Shown: piece by piece, positions 48,332 through 62,809 of the stretch | Numbering within the stretch: the first letter of the stretch is position 1 | Layout of the letters: each line of letters begins with the position of its first letter | Assembly: GCA_047967505.1 (NCBI GenBank) | Contig: CM106538.1 | Strand: one strand, 5' to 3' | Source: Dipteris shenzhenensis | Lineage: Eukaryota | DNA length: 64,000 bases | Notes under the pieces: generated by a model | Told to the model about the DNA's origin: nothing | Seen by the model: only the letters and a program-made list of their open reading frames with translations | The model's database searches: none | Program-made: the position numbers and the translations under genes

Positions 48332-50507
48332 GGTCTTTGTAATGTCAATAAGTGGAGACTTTTTTGGCATTATGTACATAGAATGCATCTCGATGTAATT
48401 TCTTTGCAGGAACACAACCAACACTTCTTGGTTGGCCAGTAAGGCCACTTCGCTGGTTATGACATATTTTATGCTGGTACAATGCACTTTTTGGGGGTAT
48501 GCATACTGGTGAAACATGATATGCAGTCCACGGTTGCTTACAATGACCCCCAGGGTCGCTGGATGGTGATCAGATGCACCTATCATGCTGATCTTTATGA
48601 AATAGCATCTGTCTATGCCTCTCAAACTTCTGCGACAAGAGCTCGAATGTGGGCCTCCCTCAAACAATATCCATGGCTGTCTAATGCCTTTTTGTGTGGA
48701 GACTTCAATAACTCGCCTGCCATTCAAGACAACACCACCCATCGTTCTCACATGATCCCCACTGAGCTTCGACATTGGGAGGATATGCCTTCTTTCTTGC
48801 ATGCAGAAGATTTATGGCTCTCAACAAGGGATAGAGATATGGGCTATACATACCATCACAATGCCTTTACTCATTACTGGGCTCGACTTGACAGATGGTA
48901 TATGTTGCATGCTCAGCAGTATGCTAGTTTCACATGTGCACTATGGGTTAATCATTCCCTTTTGTTATCTGATCACTTCCAGTATGCTTGACATTATCTA
49001 TAGCACGTTTGACAGATATGCCTTTTTTTGGTCTTCGCCTACTCCATGTTAATAGTGCTTATTTGCTTCATCAACAATTTCAGAACATGGTGAGAGTGGC
49101 TGTCCGCCCCCTCCTCTTACATGCTCAGGAGGACATGGATTTCGCTTGGATCAGTCTTGCCCATCGTTTGTAGGCTGTCATTCAAGATTATGGACGGAGT
49201 TACATGGGAGACCTCAGGCTTAAGCTGAAATGGGCTCAATCTCACAAGCAACAAATGGATGTAATCAGCTCTTATAGGCAGCTCACCTCCTCTGAACAGG
49301 ATTCTTGTACTTATGCGGTTCATATCATCCATCAAAACGATCTTCGCAAATTAAAGAAGTGGCAAATCCGAGCTCGCATGAAACCCCTTTTGGATAAGGA
49401 CTGCTCCTCCAAAGCCTTCTTCAAAAGCCTGCATGCGGATAGGCGAAATGAGGATATTTGCAGGATCAAGCAAGATGATGGCACCTGGACTACCTCCAAA
49501 TCGGAATTGGAATTGCAATGTTCTAGGAGCAAGGCGTTTGACTCGCCTCTTGCCTTACAGGCTCCTATTAAAGCATATAATCTTATGAAATTGGGCATAA
49601 GATTTGTCGGAGATGTTGTGGATCAACACGGTTATGTGCTTTCATTTCCACAAGCTTGCAGGACATTCCCCTTGGGTCTGCATCATAGGCCCATTTGGAG
49701 AATACTTACAACTATGTTGCAGCCATTTGTTCCTGTTCCTCCACTGTTTGTACAGGACAGATTACTGGATTGGAATTTGACTTCCTTATCTCCTGCTACC
49801 TGTTCACTTTGAATGCATAATCTGGCCTCCTCGATGGTTTACAGATTTCTTCTTCCACCGCCATGGATTGATAAGCATGCCAACACTATTTGGAATTTGG
49901 ATAGGCCTTTATCTTGGTGGCAATCACAACTCAAAAAAATTTGGAAAGCTAAATTGCCATTGCAACAGAGGCTTTTCTTTTGGAGATGTATAGTGGGAGC
50001 TTTTTCCACTGGGGTGAAATTGACAGCACGTCGCATTGCTTCCCCTTCTTGCCCCCGTTGCTCTCATCACCGAGAGACAGTTCCCCATTTGTTATGGTCT
50101 TGCCCGCACTCTCAAATATTGATCACTCATGTCTCTCATTTGCTGTGGCTTCGGTTTTCCTCTATCAAATTCGGGAAACTCTTCTGGATGTTTGGATGTT
50201 TCTCATCTCAGATGTCTCCATTCCTCCTTTTCTTTCACTGGGCTCGTTTTTGGGTTCTATGGACTATTTGGACGCAGAGATTGCATTCTAGGATGGGACA
50301 ATAGTTTCCTCAGGCATATGCTTTCTTCAGAATGTCCCTCAAGCAATCTTTATATGACAGTTATGCTGCGAGGGACTTGGATGCTACTAGCCTTGAAGTG
50401 TTTTTTGATTGTTTTTGAGTTCTTCCATTAGGCTCTCTTTTGGAGTCTAATGTCATGTACATTGATTTCATGTTAATAATATAGTTACTGGTTTCACAAA
50501 AAAAAAA
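48332..50507 (+). mobile_element. L1-clade LINE, 5'-truncated and lacking the RT domain
   Basis: APE motifs SLQEH, GDFN, RLDR, SDH; zf-RVT (C..C...ETV.HLLW.C); poly(A) to 50507; 17-bp TSD GTGTGTCGATACAGGTA (48315-48331/50508-50524). Confidence 0.9.
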
Positions 50508-50899
50508 GTGTGTCGATACAGGTATGGATATGTATTAGTAAACACATGCACATGTGTGTGCGCGAGCGCACACGCAATCATTTGCATTTTGAGTGATTTA
50601 TATACAGAAACATCATTTTCATGCGATGACGAATGCAATCATTGATAAATCTTTTCGATATAAAAAGCTTGGAGACTAGCAATCTATTGTTGGTAGTATT
50701 CACAATATTGCCAGTAATAAATTTTGTGGCAAATGTACATTTACTGCTAGTACAAGGACCATTATCACCATTAAATGCCATTGCTACCAATGGCAAAATT
50801 AGTGAGAAATTGAACTATTATAATAGTACTGTTATCAATGGTAATGGGACTATTATGCCGGTTGGGGAAAAAAAGAAGACAAAAAGAATGGTAAATAAA

Positions 50900-52000
50900 C
50901 CTATGTAATGCTTTACACCAACATCCTCTCTCAGTGGTAATGCTTTACACCAACATCCTCTCTCAGTGCCAACATGTGGAATTTACATGTTGAGCATTCC
51001 ATACAAGATTACATAGAGATGCATGTTCCTCTTTAGAGGATTTCATCAAAGGTGTCATTTGATGAGCTTACAAAGTTGAGCACCTCACATGGCTTCTTTT
51101 GCAATCTTTTGCAAGATGACCGATTTCACCAAAATGATGACACTTCCTTTGTGAAGGATCTTTCAAAAAACAATGGGCCTCATCATGATCCTTCTTTACA
51201 AAAATTACATTTGAAGCCATTAAAGGACTTTTCTTCTTTCCATGACCCATCGATAGGGCCTTCCCTTGAGCCGATGTATATGCACGCTCTCCTTTCTTTG
51301 CCTTGATGTTTCACTCTTCAACGAGCAAAGCACTAATAATGCTTTCCAAATTGGGGTTAGAAAGATGCTTTAAGGTTCTGACAAGGCTCTCATATAGCTC
51401 GGGCATGCTCTTTAAGAGCACAACAATAACATTCTTCTCTTCCATCTTAGCATCAATGGTGGCCAACTACATTATATGATACTATGGAGCTCACTAATAA
51501 TGTCACTCAGATTTTCATTTTCAAAAAAGCATAAACCAAATAATTTGACTTTGAGTGCAATATGGGAGTGCTTACCACTTGCTCCATAGCTCATTTCAAC
51601 GTATCTTTGATGACATGGCTCCCACCACCAAATGAATGAGTTTTGAATGTAAGTTAAGTGCAATGAAGACCAACACTTGCTCTTCAATATCCTCATCATC
51701 GATAGTGATGTCGATCTACTTCGTGCCCTTGACATAGGGCCACATTCCCCGTCAAGTGGTTTAATGTGTGCAAAACAACAATACATCCACCCTTGAAGGC
51801 AAACTTTAGGGAAAAAACCAAGAAACGGCAAATCGTTGACACTTTGGGTTTGTTGCAGGATTCATAGAAGGAAAAAGTCATAGTCGTGAGAAGCTTCTAG
51901 GAACCATGCATAATCACTACTGAGGGCAGCATGATAAGAAAACCATATGAGAGCATCAACCGAATAGAGAGATGTCGAGAAGACTTTGTCTTGGTGCATA
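50900..52000 (-). mobile_element. Highly degenerate copia-type gag remnant
   Basis: KCHHFGEIGHLAKDC knuckle; 32-bp tandem duplication at ~50905-50968; boundaries approximate. Confidence 0.5.
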
Positions 52001-52239
52001 GATAAAGATAAGTCACACAAATCGTTTCTGGCCAGGAAGAAAATATGCAGGCAAGTCATGGATACCTTTGCTAAAAAAAGGATGCTCCTTACACCCTCCT
52101 TACACCCATGAACGTTTGCATCAATACACGATAGTCAACCAGGAATGACTAGCAACATGATAGACAGCCACGGGTGGAGCTATTCACTAAGCAGTTACTG
52201 CCTTAGTTGCTAGCCTTGATAACTTCCAACAAATTCCAA

Positions 52240-55188
52240 ATTAGCCTAGAAAAGTGGCATGGTTGGTGTGACAGGCTCTTGTGTAGCTTCCAAAGTAGAT
52301 TCCATTCTTTTCAAGGCATGTTCTTGTGTTATTGTCTCTTTTTTAGAGATAGGCTCTAGTGTAACTATCGTTTGCCTTGAAGATGATGTAGTGAATTCAA
52401 AGGCGTTTCGATAGATTGGTGGTCGAGTAGGTTCTTGTGTTAGTGTCTCTCTTTTTAAGACAGGTTCTTGTGTAACTTTTTGATAAGAGGTAGAGGATGT
52501 TCTTTGTGTATGATCCTTCTTTATTGGCAATTTTCCCTTGTCCTAGCAGACAGGTTCTTGTGGTTCTACTTTGCAATCTTTGCCTAGATTTTTAATAATC
52601 GGTAGGCTTCAATATGATGTTTGTCTCTCATTTGTTAATGATGATGATTTTAGAGGCTTTAGCCTCCATTCTTTTTTTTGCTCTGTATTGACCCCATTAT
52701 CATTGCTGCTTGAAGATGATGGAGGTGATATTGTTACACCTAGTACCTTGGATACCCAAATAGAAGTGTTCCCTCTAGTAGTCTTAATGGTATTGTACCT
52801 TCCTTATTGGATGGCATCGTTTTGTTCTTCGATGTCAAGGTCTGTTGTTTACATGATGGCGTATCTTTTGATGTCATGGTCTTGTTGGAACCCAAATGTA
52901 TGATTCACCTTCAAAGTACCCTTGGGCCTCTAGTAGATCCTTTCGGAGCTACATGTGCTTGGCTGCTCTTCTTCTTTGTCATCTTTTCCGATGAGTCTCT
53001 TATAGAGGTTGAGGTATGGAGGTAGATGTTGATGCCAATGTTTGAATATTGGTCTAGTTGGTAGTGGTTAGTAAATCTTGATGGGTTGATTTATTACCGA
53101 ATAGCCCTTTGTGTCTTCGATCCAGCTTTTACCCCCAAGAATCATGGCTTTTCTTATGGTACTTGTAGGAGTTACAAGAAACTTGCAAGGCACAAAGTGA
53201 TTGTTTGTGGAAACATTCAGCATTAAAGTACCTGGTCGAGATGTTTTTATACTTCCTGGGACAAGAGGTTGTTGCTTGCTCGACCATTTGCCAAGGCCTA
53301 TATTTGGCATGTTGGACATGCTGATGTTAGCTCTACCCAAAGTTGAGATGGAGTAATATCTATCTCCTTAGTATCAATGGCATTATCAATTGCAAGTTCA
53401 ATTTGATTAGGTAGTACCACTCTTATGGTGTAAAATGGTGTATTGGTGGTAGGTTTATCATTGCCAAGGTGCATAAATTGAATTCCTTCAATACAGATCT
53501 ATCACATCCAGTGTGTGCATCCAATTTAGTGAGTCTTCTAACTCAGGTAAAGGAGGACACCAAGAGTCTTTAGGACTCTTTGTGTTGTCCTCTTTCTTAT
53601 AGGCATTGAACACATTTACCGACGTTGACCTATTCCTGGTGTTAGATTTAGCTGCAAATAGATTCCTCGACATAGGGTGAGCCTTCCAATTTTAGAGATC
53701 CACCCTCATGATTTGCTTATCCTCATGTAAGTATATTCTATTTGAACTCCAGTCGTGGACCAATCTTGTAGTTTGCATTAAAGGTCTACCCAATATGATG
53801 TCATAGCCATTGGGTTGGTTTTGAAAGTCCCTTTTGATGAACACACTTGGTAGGTTAGACCCAAATTCTTAATCTTCATGTCTCTTAGAACTCCTATCAG
53901 GGCTGGGTTGTTGCTCCAGTAGCCAATTTGACTATAAGGTTTGTGCTATCCATTTTAGGTCATCCCCACTTGGCCCAGCATTGCTTCATGACTATGTTTA
54001 TACATGCTCCTTGCAGTCAGTCACACTCTTACCTGAGTAGGAGATGGGAAGTACTACATTGGTGTCATCACTTTCAAAGCACTGGCCCAATTTGTCATTT
54101 TCGGGTTCAACTATCTTAGTATTAGTGGGCTCAGGAGCTACTATTTGCCCATTCATCAATCTACCTGAGAGATCTCTCCATAGATTGAGATTCCCCCATA
54201 ATAGTGTTGCCATAAATATGGATGTAATGTAATAAATATGTTTGTAATAAATATGGGAAAGGAAAAATACATATTGGCTATTTGATGCCAAATCATATAG
54301 CCTACACTGTTCCTTAATAAGTATCCTAAGCCATAGAAGGACATGTTGTCATCCTCCTTTAGTTGTTTCAAGGTGGTGTTTTCTTCAAACATCTGTTGCA
54401 TTAGTGTGGACCCTTCCATTGAAGAGTGTGTGGTAATTTTCTCTTCCACTCTGTTGGGCACTTGCTAGGATTTAGAGGCTCTGTTGATTGCTTGGTGCCT
54501 TGGATAGATCGTATTAGCTCCCTTACTTGGCTTGAGTCTTTGCTCAAACTTTTCTTGGCACTCGCATACCAAGTTTTGTGCTTCATAAGGCATTGTTTCT
54601 CTACCAAGGGGTTTGGATATTCGTCATGAATTTTGGTCACTGTGGCTCTACCCTAGATAGGGATTCTTAGTGATTCCTTGACTTCTTTAGGAGAAGGATT
54701 GATCAAGCCTCCATTTGAGCAAGTACCACTATAAGAAGATGATGTGGCTAGAGTGGTGGTGTCTTCATCAGACCCATCCTGGGACGACCATATCATGGCC
54801 CTTTCCAATTTAATGGTTCGTTTAACATTTCCACGCATAGATGGAGTTACCTCTCTAAGTTGTGATGTGCTAGCCTTATCTCTTTCGGCTTGCATATAGA
54901 GTTCCCGTTTGAAAGTCTTAGCTTGAGCGCTTGTAATTACATTTAAGGATACCAAGGACACTTGGACTCTCTCAATGCTGTGCTGATTAAGACTTGCATT
55001 CATAGGTGTAGTAGTAGCCGGCCATTTGGTCTATGCTTTGAGCAATCCTTATAGAGGTGGACAACTCCACACCCAGTGCACAATGTTTCTTCCCAATGAC
55101 TAGGTAGTTCCTCCACTAATACTTGATTCATGGGAGTGATTCGTGGTGGTGGGGGTTGAGGTCCTAGTATGGGTGGGAGTAACGAGGG
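52240..55188 (-). mobile_element. Degenerate retroelement-like sequence (possible gag/protease), host of the 55194 insertion
   Basis: Weak protease-like peptide (AMILGGKSW) and many broken ORFs. Confidence 0.35.
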
Positions 55189-55193
55189 ATTTC

Positions 55194-57529
55194 TGTTACG
55201 AAAAAGTATTTCTCAAAACTCTTGTTCGAAATGATGTAAAGTATTTATAGGATCGCACCAGACATGGCAAGGGTTCTATTTAATACTTTAGTTTAGTCAA
55301 GGATGCCTTACTATAAACGTGTGCCATTAATAAGTATCATGGGTGATGCCATTAAGTAATACTCACATTAATGGGTAGTAATTTGTAAAGACTATTACTT
55401 AGCATGATTGGCTAATCATTTGATTTATATCATTTCGCTAAGTATTTGACTAATGGTGAATTGGTTTATTGATGAGTATAGGAAATGACATGGATGGATG
55501 GGAGTAAACAAGCTCAAAGGAATAAAGTCTAAATGCCATGGTTTTCTGCTAGTGCTATGAAATGTATTAAATGGCCAAGAGTCATTACATTTTTTACAAG
55601 GGAGAGTTCTTAAAAGCCTTCCCACTTTTGGCATGTAATTTTGGATGAGATCGTGAGTAAAGGAGTGATAGAGAGAAAAGTATGATAAAAGGATGTTCAA
55701 GAGAAAAGTATGGAAAATGAATGTTTAAGAGATGAATACGTAACTTTGTATCAATGGCTCATGCTCTTATTTCAAACCTCGTTGGCTGTGCCTTTTTCGT
55801 AGTCCAAGACTCCAAGGAGTTCTATAAAGCCTTCGACTTGTTGCACTTCCTCAACACCAGCACCTTTATATATATCTTTGCTTAGGGCCTTACATTAAAC
55901 TAGAGTGCGCAGTTGAGATTCAAAGTTTTGTAGTGCCTTTTGAGGACTTTATTTGAAAATCTTGGCACTAAAGTGGATTTTACTTCAGCTTTCCATCATG
56001 AGGCAAATGAACAAATAGAAGTAACCAATAATACTATCTTGGATATGCGACGGATATATGATGATTCTGAAGGCAATAATTGGGATGAATATTTGCATTT
56101 ATTGCAATTTGCTTATAACAACACAATCCATTCTGCTACAGGAAGAGCTCCATTCGAAATAATATATGGAAAGTTATTACCGATTCCTATCATAAGAATT
56201 AGTCAAAAGATTGAAGCTGCTGATGATTTTACAAAAAATTATGATCAAATCATGAGAGAAGTAACAGAAGCCATCAAGAGAGCTCAAGAAAAGTATACTA
56301 AACAAGCAAACAATAAAAGACAACATACGATGTATAAAGATTTTGTCCTTCTACGAATTGAAAAGAGGAATTTAAAGAGTGTTGATAAATGCCCTACAGT
56401 AAAATTAGCACCAAGGTTTTATGAACCTTTCAAGGTTATCTCTAAGATAAATGATTTGACTTATCGTTTGGAATTGCCAGATCATTGGAAGATTCATAGC
56501 GTCTTCCACCTTCATCTCTTGAAACCTTTTAAAGGAGGATTACCAACGCATCCTATTTATGAAGAGCCACCTTTAATTGTGGATGAAGTTAAAGTTCTTG
56601 CGCCTAATTGTATTCTAGATGCTCAACAAAGAACAACACGCAAAGCAAAATATTTATAACTCGTATTTATTGAAGTTTAAAAATCATTCAAAAGAAAATG
56701 CACAAAGGTTTCATGAGTAGTTTTTCCAAGACCATCCTTATATCCTTAACTCATATAAATAAAATCACAACTAAGGTCAGTTGCACCTTAAGCAAGAGGA
56801 AATGCTACGAGAAAGTATTTCTCAAAACTCTTGTTCGAAATGACGTAAAGTATTTATAGGATCACACCAGACATGACGGGGGTTCTATTTAATACTTTGG
56901 ATTAGTCAAGGATGCCTTACTAAACGTGTGCCAGTAATAAGTATAATGGGTGATGCCATTAAGAAATACTCACATTAATTGGTAGTCATTTATAAAGACC
57001 ATTACTTAGCATGATTGGCTAATCATTTGATGTATATCATTTCGCTAAGTATTTGACTAATGGTAAATTGGTTTATTGAGTACAGGAAATGACATGGATG
57101 GATGGGAGTAAACAAGCTCAAAGGAATAAAGTCTAAATGCCATGGTTTTGTGCTAGTGCTATGAAATGTATTAAATGGCCAAGAGTCATTACATTTTTTA
57201 CAAGGGAGAGTGCTTAAAAGCATTGCCACTTTTGGCATGTAATTTTGGATGAGATCATGAGTAAAGGAGTGATAGAGAGAAAAGTATGGTAAAAGGATGC
57301 TCAAGAGAAAAGCATGGAAAAGGGATGTTCAAGAGATGAATACATAACTTTGTATCAATGGATGATGCTCTTATTTCAATATTATAAATACTCTTGGTGT
57401 GGGATCACGAGCCACACACCTCCAGGGGGGAGATTGTACCCAGTGATTGCCTCTTGTCTTTTCATGAGTTTCCCTGCATATTCAGTTTTTGATACTATTG
57501 TATGTGTTAGAATTGTTATTCACGTTTCA
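55194..57529 (+). mobile_element. Internally deleted Ty3/gypsy chromovirus
   Basis: Partial 5' LTR 55194-~55775 matches 3' LTR 56803-57529; TSD ATTTC (55189-55193/57530-57534); only integrase C-terminus/GPY-F/chromodomain (55940-56760) and PPT remain. Confidence 0.88.
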
Positions 57530-58018
57530 ATTTCGAGCCCTAAATTGACCTTGGTTGGTAGAAGTGACTCCTCGGATAGCTAATTATCCCTAATTGGATA
57601 GATTTGGTGGTGTAGGCAAAGTAAGAGGTGGCCTTTGTTGGTACATTTATTGGGGAATGAACCTGGAATAACAACACTGGGATGTATCATGGTTCCCCCA
57701 TCACACACAATGCGCATAGTAGAGTGCGGGGCTAGGCCACTCATTGTTGGGATGGTTCCCGGTACAAATCCCACACCATTCATTGCCATGCCTCGGAAAT
57801 AGGTGGGGATTAGCTTCCTTTATCCATCACCCCTTAAGTTGTTGGGCCACTCTCTGGTTGTGCTGGTCTAAGCCAGCCAACCAGGATGATATACACAAAG
57901 GAAGGGGCCGACCCCTAGCTGGCTGAAACAGACCCTTGGGTTGGCCAAATAGGCCTAGGGGGGTCCGTTATTTTGGTACTGCATAGAGCCCTAGATAAGG
58001 GCCAATTTGGGGCCCCTT

Positions 58019-61000
58019 TGTTAGAAATCAACCAACAGAGGGTACGCACAGCCGAAAGCTGATAAAATAGCCCAGGAGCTCACACAGTGTGTGTGTGAGG
58101 TGTGGAATCACAAACCTTATGTGCAGACTCATCAATAGACAATGAATCAGCCAAATATAGAAGACACCAAAATGATATATTTCCGTCCAAAGCTATGGAC
58201 ACAATACAAAAGAGATAGATCCAAAGTCCCACCAATGGTGTTGTCCTCTGATCTTACCACAAGGTACTTCTCCTATCTGCCGGCTATCTCTAGACTCGAG
58301 CCCGCGTGCTCCACCTCGAGCCTCCATAGACTTTCCATCCAGAACAATCTTCTCCACCTTATTGCCTGGGTACAGCCTAGGTGGGCAGCCTCCTGCAAGC
58401 TAGGTCTGCAGCACAAGGTTCTTCTTTCTCCTCCTGACTATAGGCCCAAAGGTAGCCCTGCTGCTGCTCCTGCTGGTGGTGGGAAGGCTGCTCCAGTTGA
58501 TGAGTAATGAGGGCCTGAAGGCCCTCCTTGTATAGGCCCTTCAAGGGGCTGCAAAAACTGACAAGGCAGACCTAATCTAGCCGATCAGACTGGCCGACCT
58601 GGTCTGCCATAAAACCGACTGGTCAGCTGCCCCTACCAGCCCAACAAAAGCCCTGTATAAGGGTCTTTCCTGGCCCTTTCAATGCCTTTGATCCAGGGCA
58701 TAAAGCCCTCCCTTTATTGCAGGGTCCAGCCCCTTCTGTCCTGCCATGTACCAGCTCCTTTACCTGCATGTACACCTGCGCTTCTGATGTGCCTGCATTG
58801 CGCCTTTGTTCCAGCTCTCTGGCCATCTGTATCTACTCCGTAAGTTGCTCCCAGCCTCCGTACTATCCCGTATAGTTGCGCTGTCAGCAGCCCAAAGGTA
58901 TCATTCCAGGCTCTTCAGGTCGCTTGTGTTCCTCCAAGTATGAACCCTGGATTGCTGCCCACATGACAGCCATGATGCTGTCCATGTGGCATCCCCTTTT
59001 TGTGAGGTGCTGCCCATGTGGCAGCCCCCTCTCTCTGTTCTTTCCCTAGGGCATGCTGCCCACATGGCATCCAAACAGATGCCCATGTGGCAGCTCTTGC
59101 CCTAGGTCTCCTTCCCCCATGCTCTCCTCATATGGGGGCTTACAGATGGAGAGGTGACCTTTCCAACACCCCCTATCACCGACACATCTCAGCCCAATGC
59201 CAACACGTCGATGACGATGCTCCAGTAACTCCTTAAACGTAGTCCTCTAGAACATTTTGATGTCGAAATCTTTTCCTGGCTTTTCATCCAGTGGTTCTTG
59301 CTCAACCAAGTCCTAGTACACAGGTCCATCTCTGGTAGCACCACCTTCAGTCATGTTCCCGCCTTTGAACTCGAGCAATCCAGCGGCCATGATCTTCCAA
59401 TTATCCCCCTCATAGTGAGTGAACACCCTGGAGTCTTCCACGCCATGCTCTGAGGATGTGTTTCAACCCGTCCTTTGGCAAGGTCTGCAACAAATGAATA
59501 TCTCCAGATAATCTGGACCACGAACTCTCATTGAGCTCTCAAGCAGGTACTCTTTTGGCTTTAGTACACCTTGTCCACCATCACCTTCCAATAATCTGTG
59601 TCCAAGATTGAAGAAGCACCCACACTTCCCCTTCTGCCCTCGAAGAAGGCTATCCACCATCACCTTCCAGTAATCTGTGTCCAAGATTGAAGAAGCACCC
59701 ACACTTTCCCTTCTGCCTTCGAAGAAGGCCAATTCCCTCCAATCTCGCATTATCTAAGAGAAATGAAGAGTAGAGTCTCTCCACAGCATGATATAAAGGC
59801 TCAAATGAAGAACATCAAGTACATACCAGATCGTCATCTTGCCTCTGTGCTTGCTCTGAAAGCAAACCATGCACCTCATCAAGGCACATACCAATAGCCC
59901 GTTCAATCCTATACTATCCCCTTCAGAAGTGTAGCATCCATATGAACATGAAACCCGAGGGCACTCCATGGAATCCACCGTTGTGTCAGTATCAACAGCC
60001 ACACACTTGGAAGATACCAAGCACTCCATGCTGTCCTTCACCTTCACAAAGGCATTTGACTCCTTGTCGACCCACATCTCAATGTCAGACATCATCACTA
60101 TGGTATCTAGGTCGGCATATGTAACCTCAATAACACGCAGATATGTCACCAAGAATAACTCTTCGATTACCACATTAGCTTTGGCTTTTGTGAATCTGAG
60201 TCGGACTCCTTCTGCTTGTTCTTCTGATCCGGTGCCTTCTTTCTGCAGTCCTTTGCAAAATGACCTGGCGTGTCACAATAGAAGCACTTCTTCTGCTTTC
60301 TCTTGGAAGTGTCCTCGTCATCAGAGTCATCCTTCTTGGACTTGCCACCGTTAGGCTTGCCATTTCCTTTGCTAGCAACGCCTTATCATCTTTGTCGTCG
60401 TTGTAGAGCTTCTCCTTAGCTTCTTCTTGTAGCAGTAATGGACCCAACTCCTCAAAAGTCAGAGGATTGGTCCTCTGTCCTGTTGTCACAATTGTAACAA
60501 AGCTTTCAAAGCTCCGAGGTAGCCTCCTCAGTACCATCAAGGCTAAACGGCATGAGTCCACCTTTAGACCAACTAATGCCAATTGACCTCACCACCTTGA
60601 ACTTCGTCAAGTGGTCATGTACCGAATCTCCCTCATCCATATCTAGGTTGTAGAGCTGATGATAAAGAAGCAAGATCCAGGATGTGTTGTCTATCTTGTA
60701 CAGGTCCTTCAGAATGACCCGTGCCTCTACTGACGTCTTCCTAAGCTTCGAGCTCCTCTCCATGTACTTGCATGAGTATCTTCCCTTGTTTGTCCACCAT
60801 ATCCTCCGGCATGGCCTCCACTCTCGTTGTCAATTTCCATAGCTTCCGAGCCACTAAATGACTCCGGATCTTCACCTTCCAGATCGGGTAATTTGACCAA
60901 TCCAGTTTCCCAGACTCTTCAAAGTTAGGGATGGTGAAAGAAAGAAATATGGGGGATGAGGAACGGAGAGCACGGGCTGAAGAGGATGAAGAGATCACCA

Positions 61001-61425
61001 TCTCTACTGCTAAACCACACAGCAAAGTCGAACAAACCCAACCTTCAATAGATCAGAACTCTAAATGCACCTGACTGAACAGGAGTCACCCTCCTTGCAA
61101 GGGCACTGTCCTCTAGTCGTGGAAGTCGATTCCCAAGAGCCTCTGAATCAGGGTTGTCGTTCAGTAAGGTCCCTGCCTTTAGGCTTCCACACCTATGAGC
61201 CTCTTACTTGGGCTCTGATACCATGTTAGAAATCGACCAACAGAGGGTACGCACAGCGGAAGACATAATATAGCCCAAGAGCTCACATAGTGTGTGTGAG
61301 GTGTGAAATCACAAACTTCTTAAACTTATGTGCATAGGATAGATGTGCAGACTCATCAATAGACAACGAACCAACTAGATATAGAAGACACCAAAATAAT
61401 ATATTTCCGTCCAAAGCTATGGACA
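58019..61425 (-). mobile_element. Gag-only LTR element (3' LTR 58019-59168, ~2-kb internal region, truncated 5' LTR from 61224)
   Basis: PBS TGGTATCAGAGC 61212-61223; PPT next to 59169; copia-type gag (KLDWSNYPIWKVK...) with no PR/IN/RT/RH; 78-bp internal tandem duplication at ~59575-59730. Confidence 0.88.
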
Positions 61426-61429
61426 TGTA

Positions 61430-62337
61430 CACCTGTGCTTTTGATGTACCTGCATTGCACCTTCTTCAATCCTATACTATCCCCTTCTAAAGTACAGCAT
61501 CCATCTGAACATGAAACCCCAGGGCACTCCATGGAATCCACCCTCGTGTCTCTATCAACAGCCACGCACCTGGAAGATACCAAGCACTGCATGCTGTCCT
61601 TCACCTTCACAAAGGCATCTGACTCCTTGTTGACCCACATCTCAATGTCAGACATCATCACTGTGGTATCTAGGTCGGCATATTTGACCTTAGTAACACA
61701 CGGAGATGTCACCAACAACAACTCTTCGATTACCACAATAGCTTTGGCTTTTGTGTCACCCTCTGAATTTGAGTCGGACTCCGTCCTCTTGTTTTTCTAA
61801 TCCGCCTTCTTCTTTCTGCTAGTCCTTTGCAAAATGACTTGGCGTGTCACAATAGAAGCACTTCTTCTACTTTCTCTTGGAAGTATCCTCATCATCAGAA
61901 TCATCCTTCTTGGACTTGCCACTGTTAGGCTTGCCCTTTCCTTTGCTAGCGTAATCCTTCGCCAACAACGCCTTGTCATCTTTGTCGTTGTTGTAGAGCT
62001 TCTCCCCAGCTTCTTCTTGTACCAGTGTTGGACCCAACTCCTCAAAAGTCAGAGGTTTGGTCCTCTGTCCTACTGTCACAGTCGTAACAAAGCTTTTGAA
62101 GCTCCGAGGTAGCCTCCTCAGTACCATCAAGGCCAAATGGCACAAGTCCACCTTCTGACCAACTGATGTCAGTTGATCCCTCACCACCTTGACCTTTGTC
62201 AAGTGATCATGTACCAAATCTCCCTCATCCATATTTAGGTTGTAAAGCTGATGCTGGAGAAGCAAGATCCAGGATGTGTTGTCTGTCTCATACAGATCCT
62301 TCAGAATGACCCATGCTTCTACTGACGCCTCAGCCAT
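61430..62337 (-). mobile_element. Internal gag fragment of the gag-only family
   Basis: Homologous to ~59900-60740 and 11590-12270. Confidence 0.8.
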
Positions 62338-62343
62338 CTAGAT

Positions 62344-62808
62344 GTGAGAAAGCACAGAGTCCGCCGTAGTCCCTATGATCAATGGCAGTGCATGGGCATC
62401 TCTGTCTTCCCAGGGTTTGAGCTCTGTTGTCTTAGATGGAGACCTATTAACCAGTTGTACACGGTTAAGCAAAAAGAACACGAGACATTATGGGAATACA
62501 TTGCGAGAATTAAACACTTGAATTCTTGCTGTTGTGAGCCTCACAAGCAGATGAGCGATGAACAACTATTGCCATGCTCTCTCATTGGGTTAAGAGATGC
62601 GAAGTTGCACGATCATCTGTTCACCTTGAACCCCACATCGTTTCAGTTATGCAACAAGACGGTTGTACTCTTGGATGATAATATGAAGGATAAGGCTCAA
62701 CTAGAGAAGCCACCAGTAGCTCCATCCGATGTGTCTCACACAGGTAAGACTATTAGTAGAGGTGAATCCAAGGAGGCAACTCTGCTTGCCAAGGGCGCGC
62801 AAACATAG
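62344..62808 (+). mobile_element. Gypsy-type retrotransposon gag fragment
   Basis: LYTVKQKEHETLWEYIARI...IGLRD gag-like motif. Confidence 0.6.
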
Positions 62809-62809
62809 A

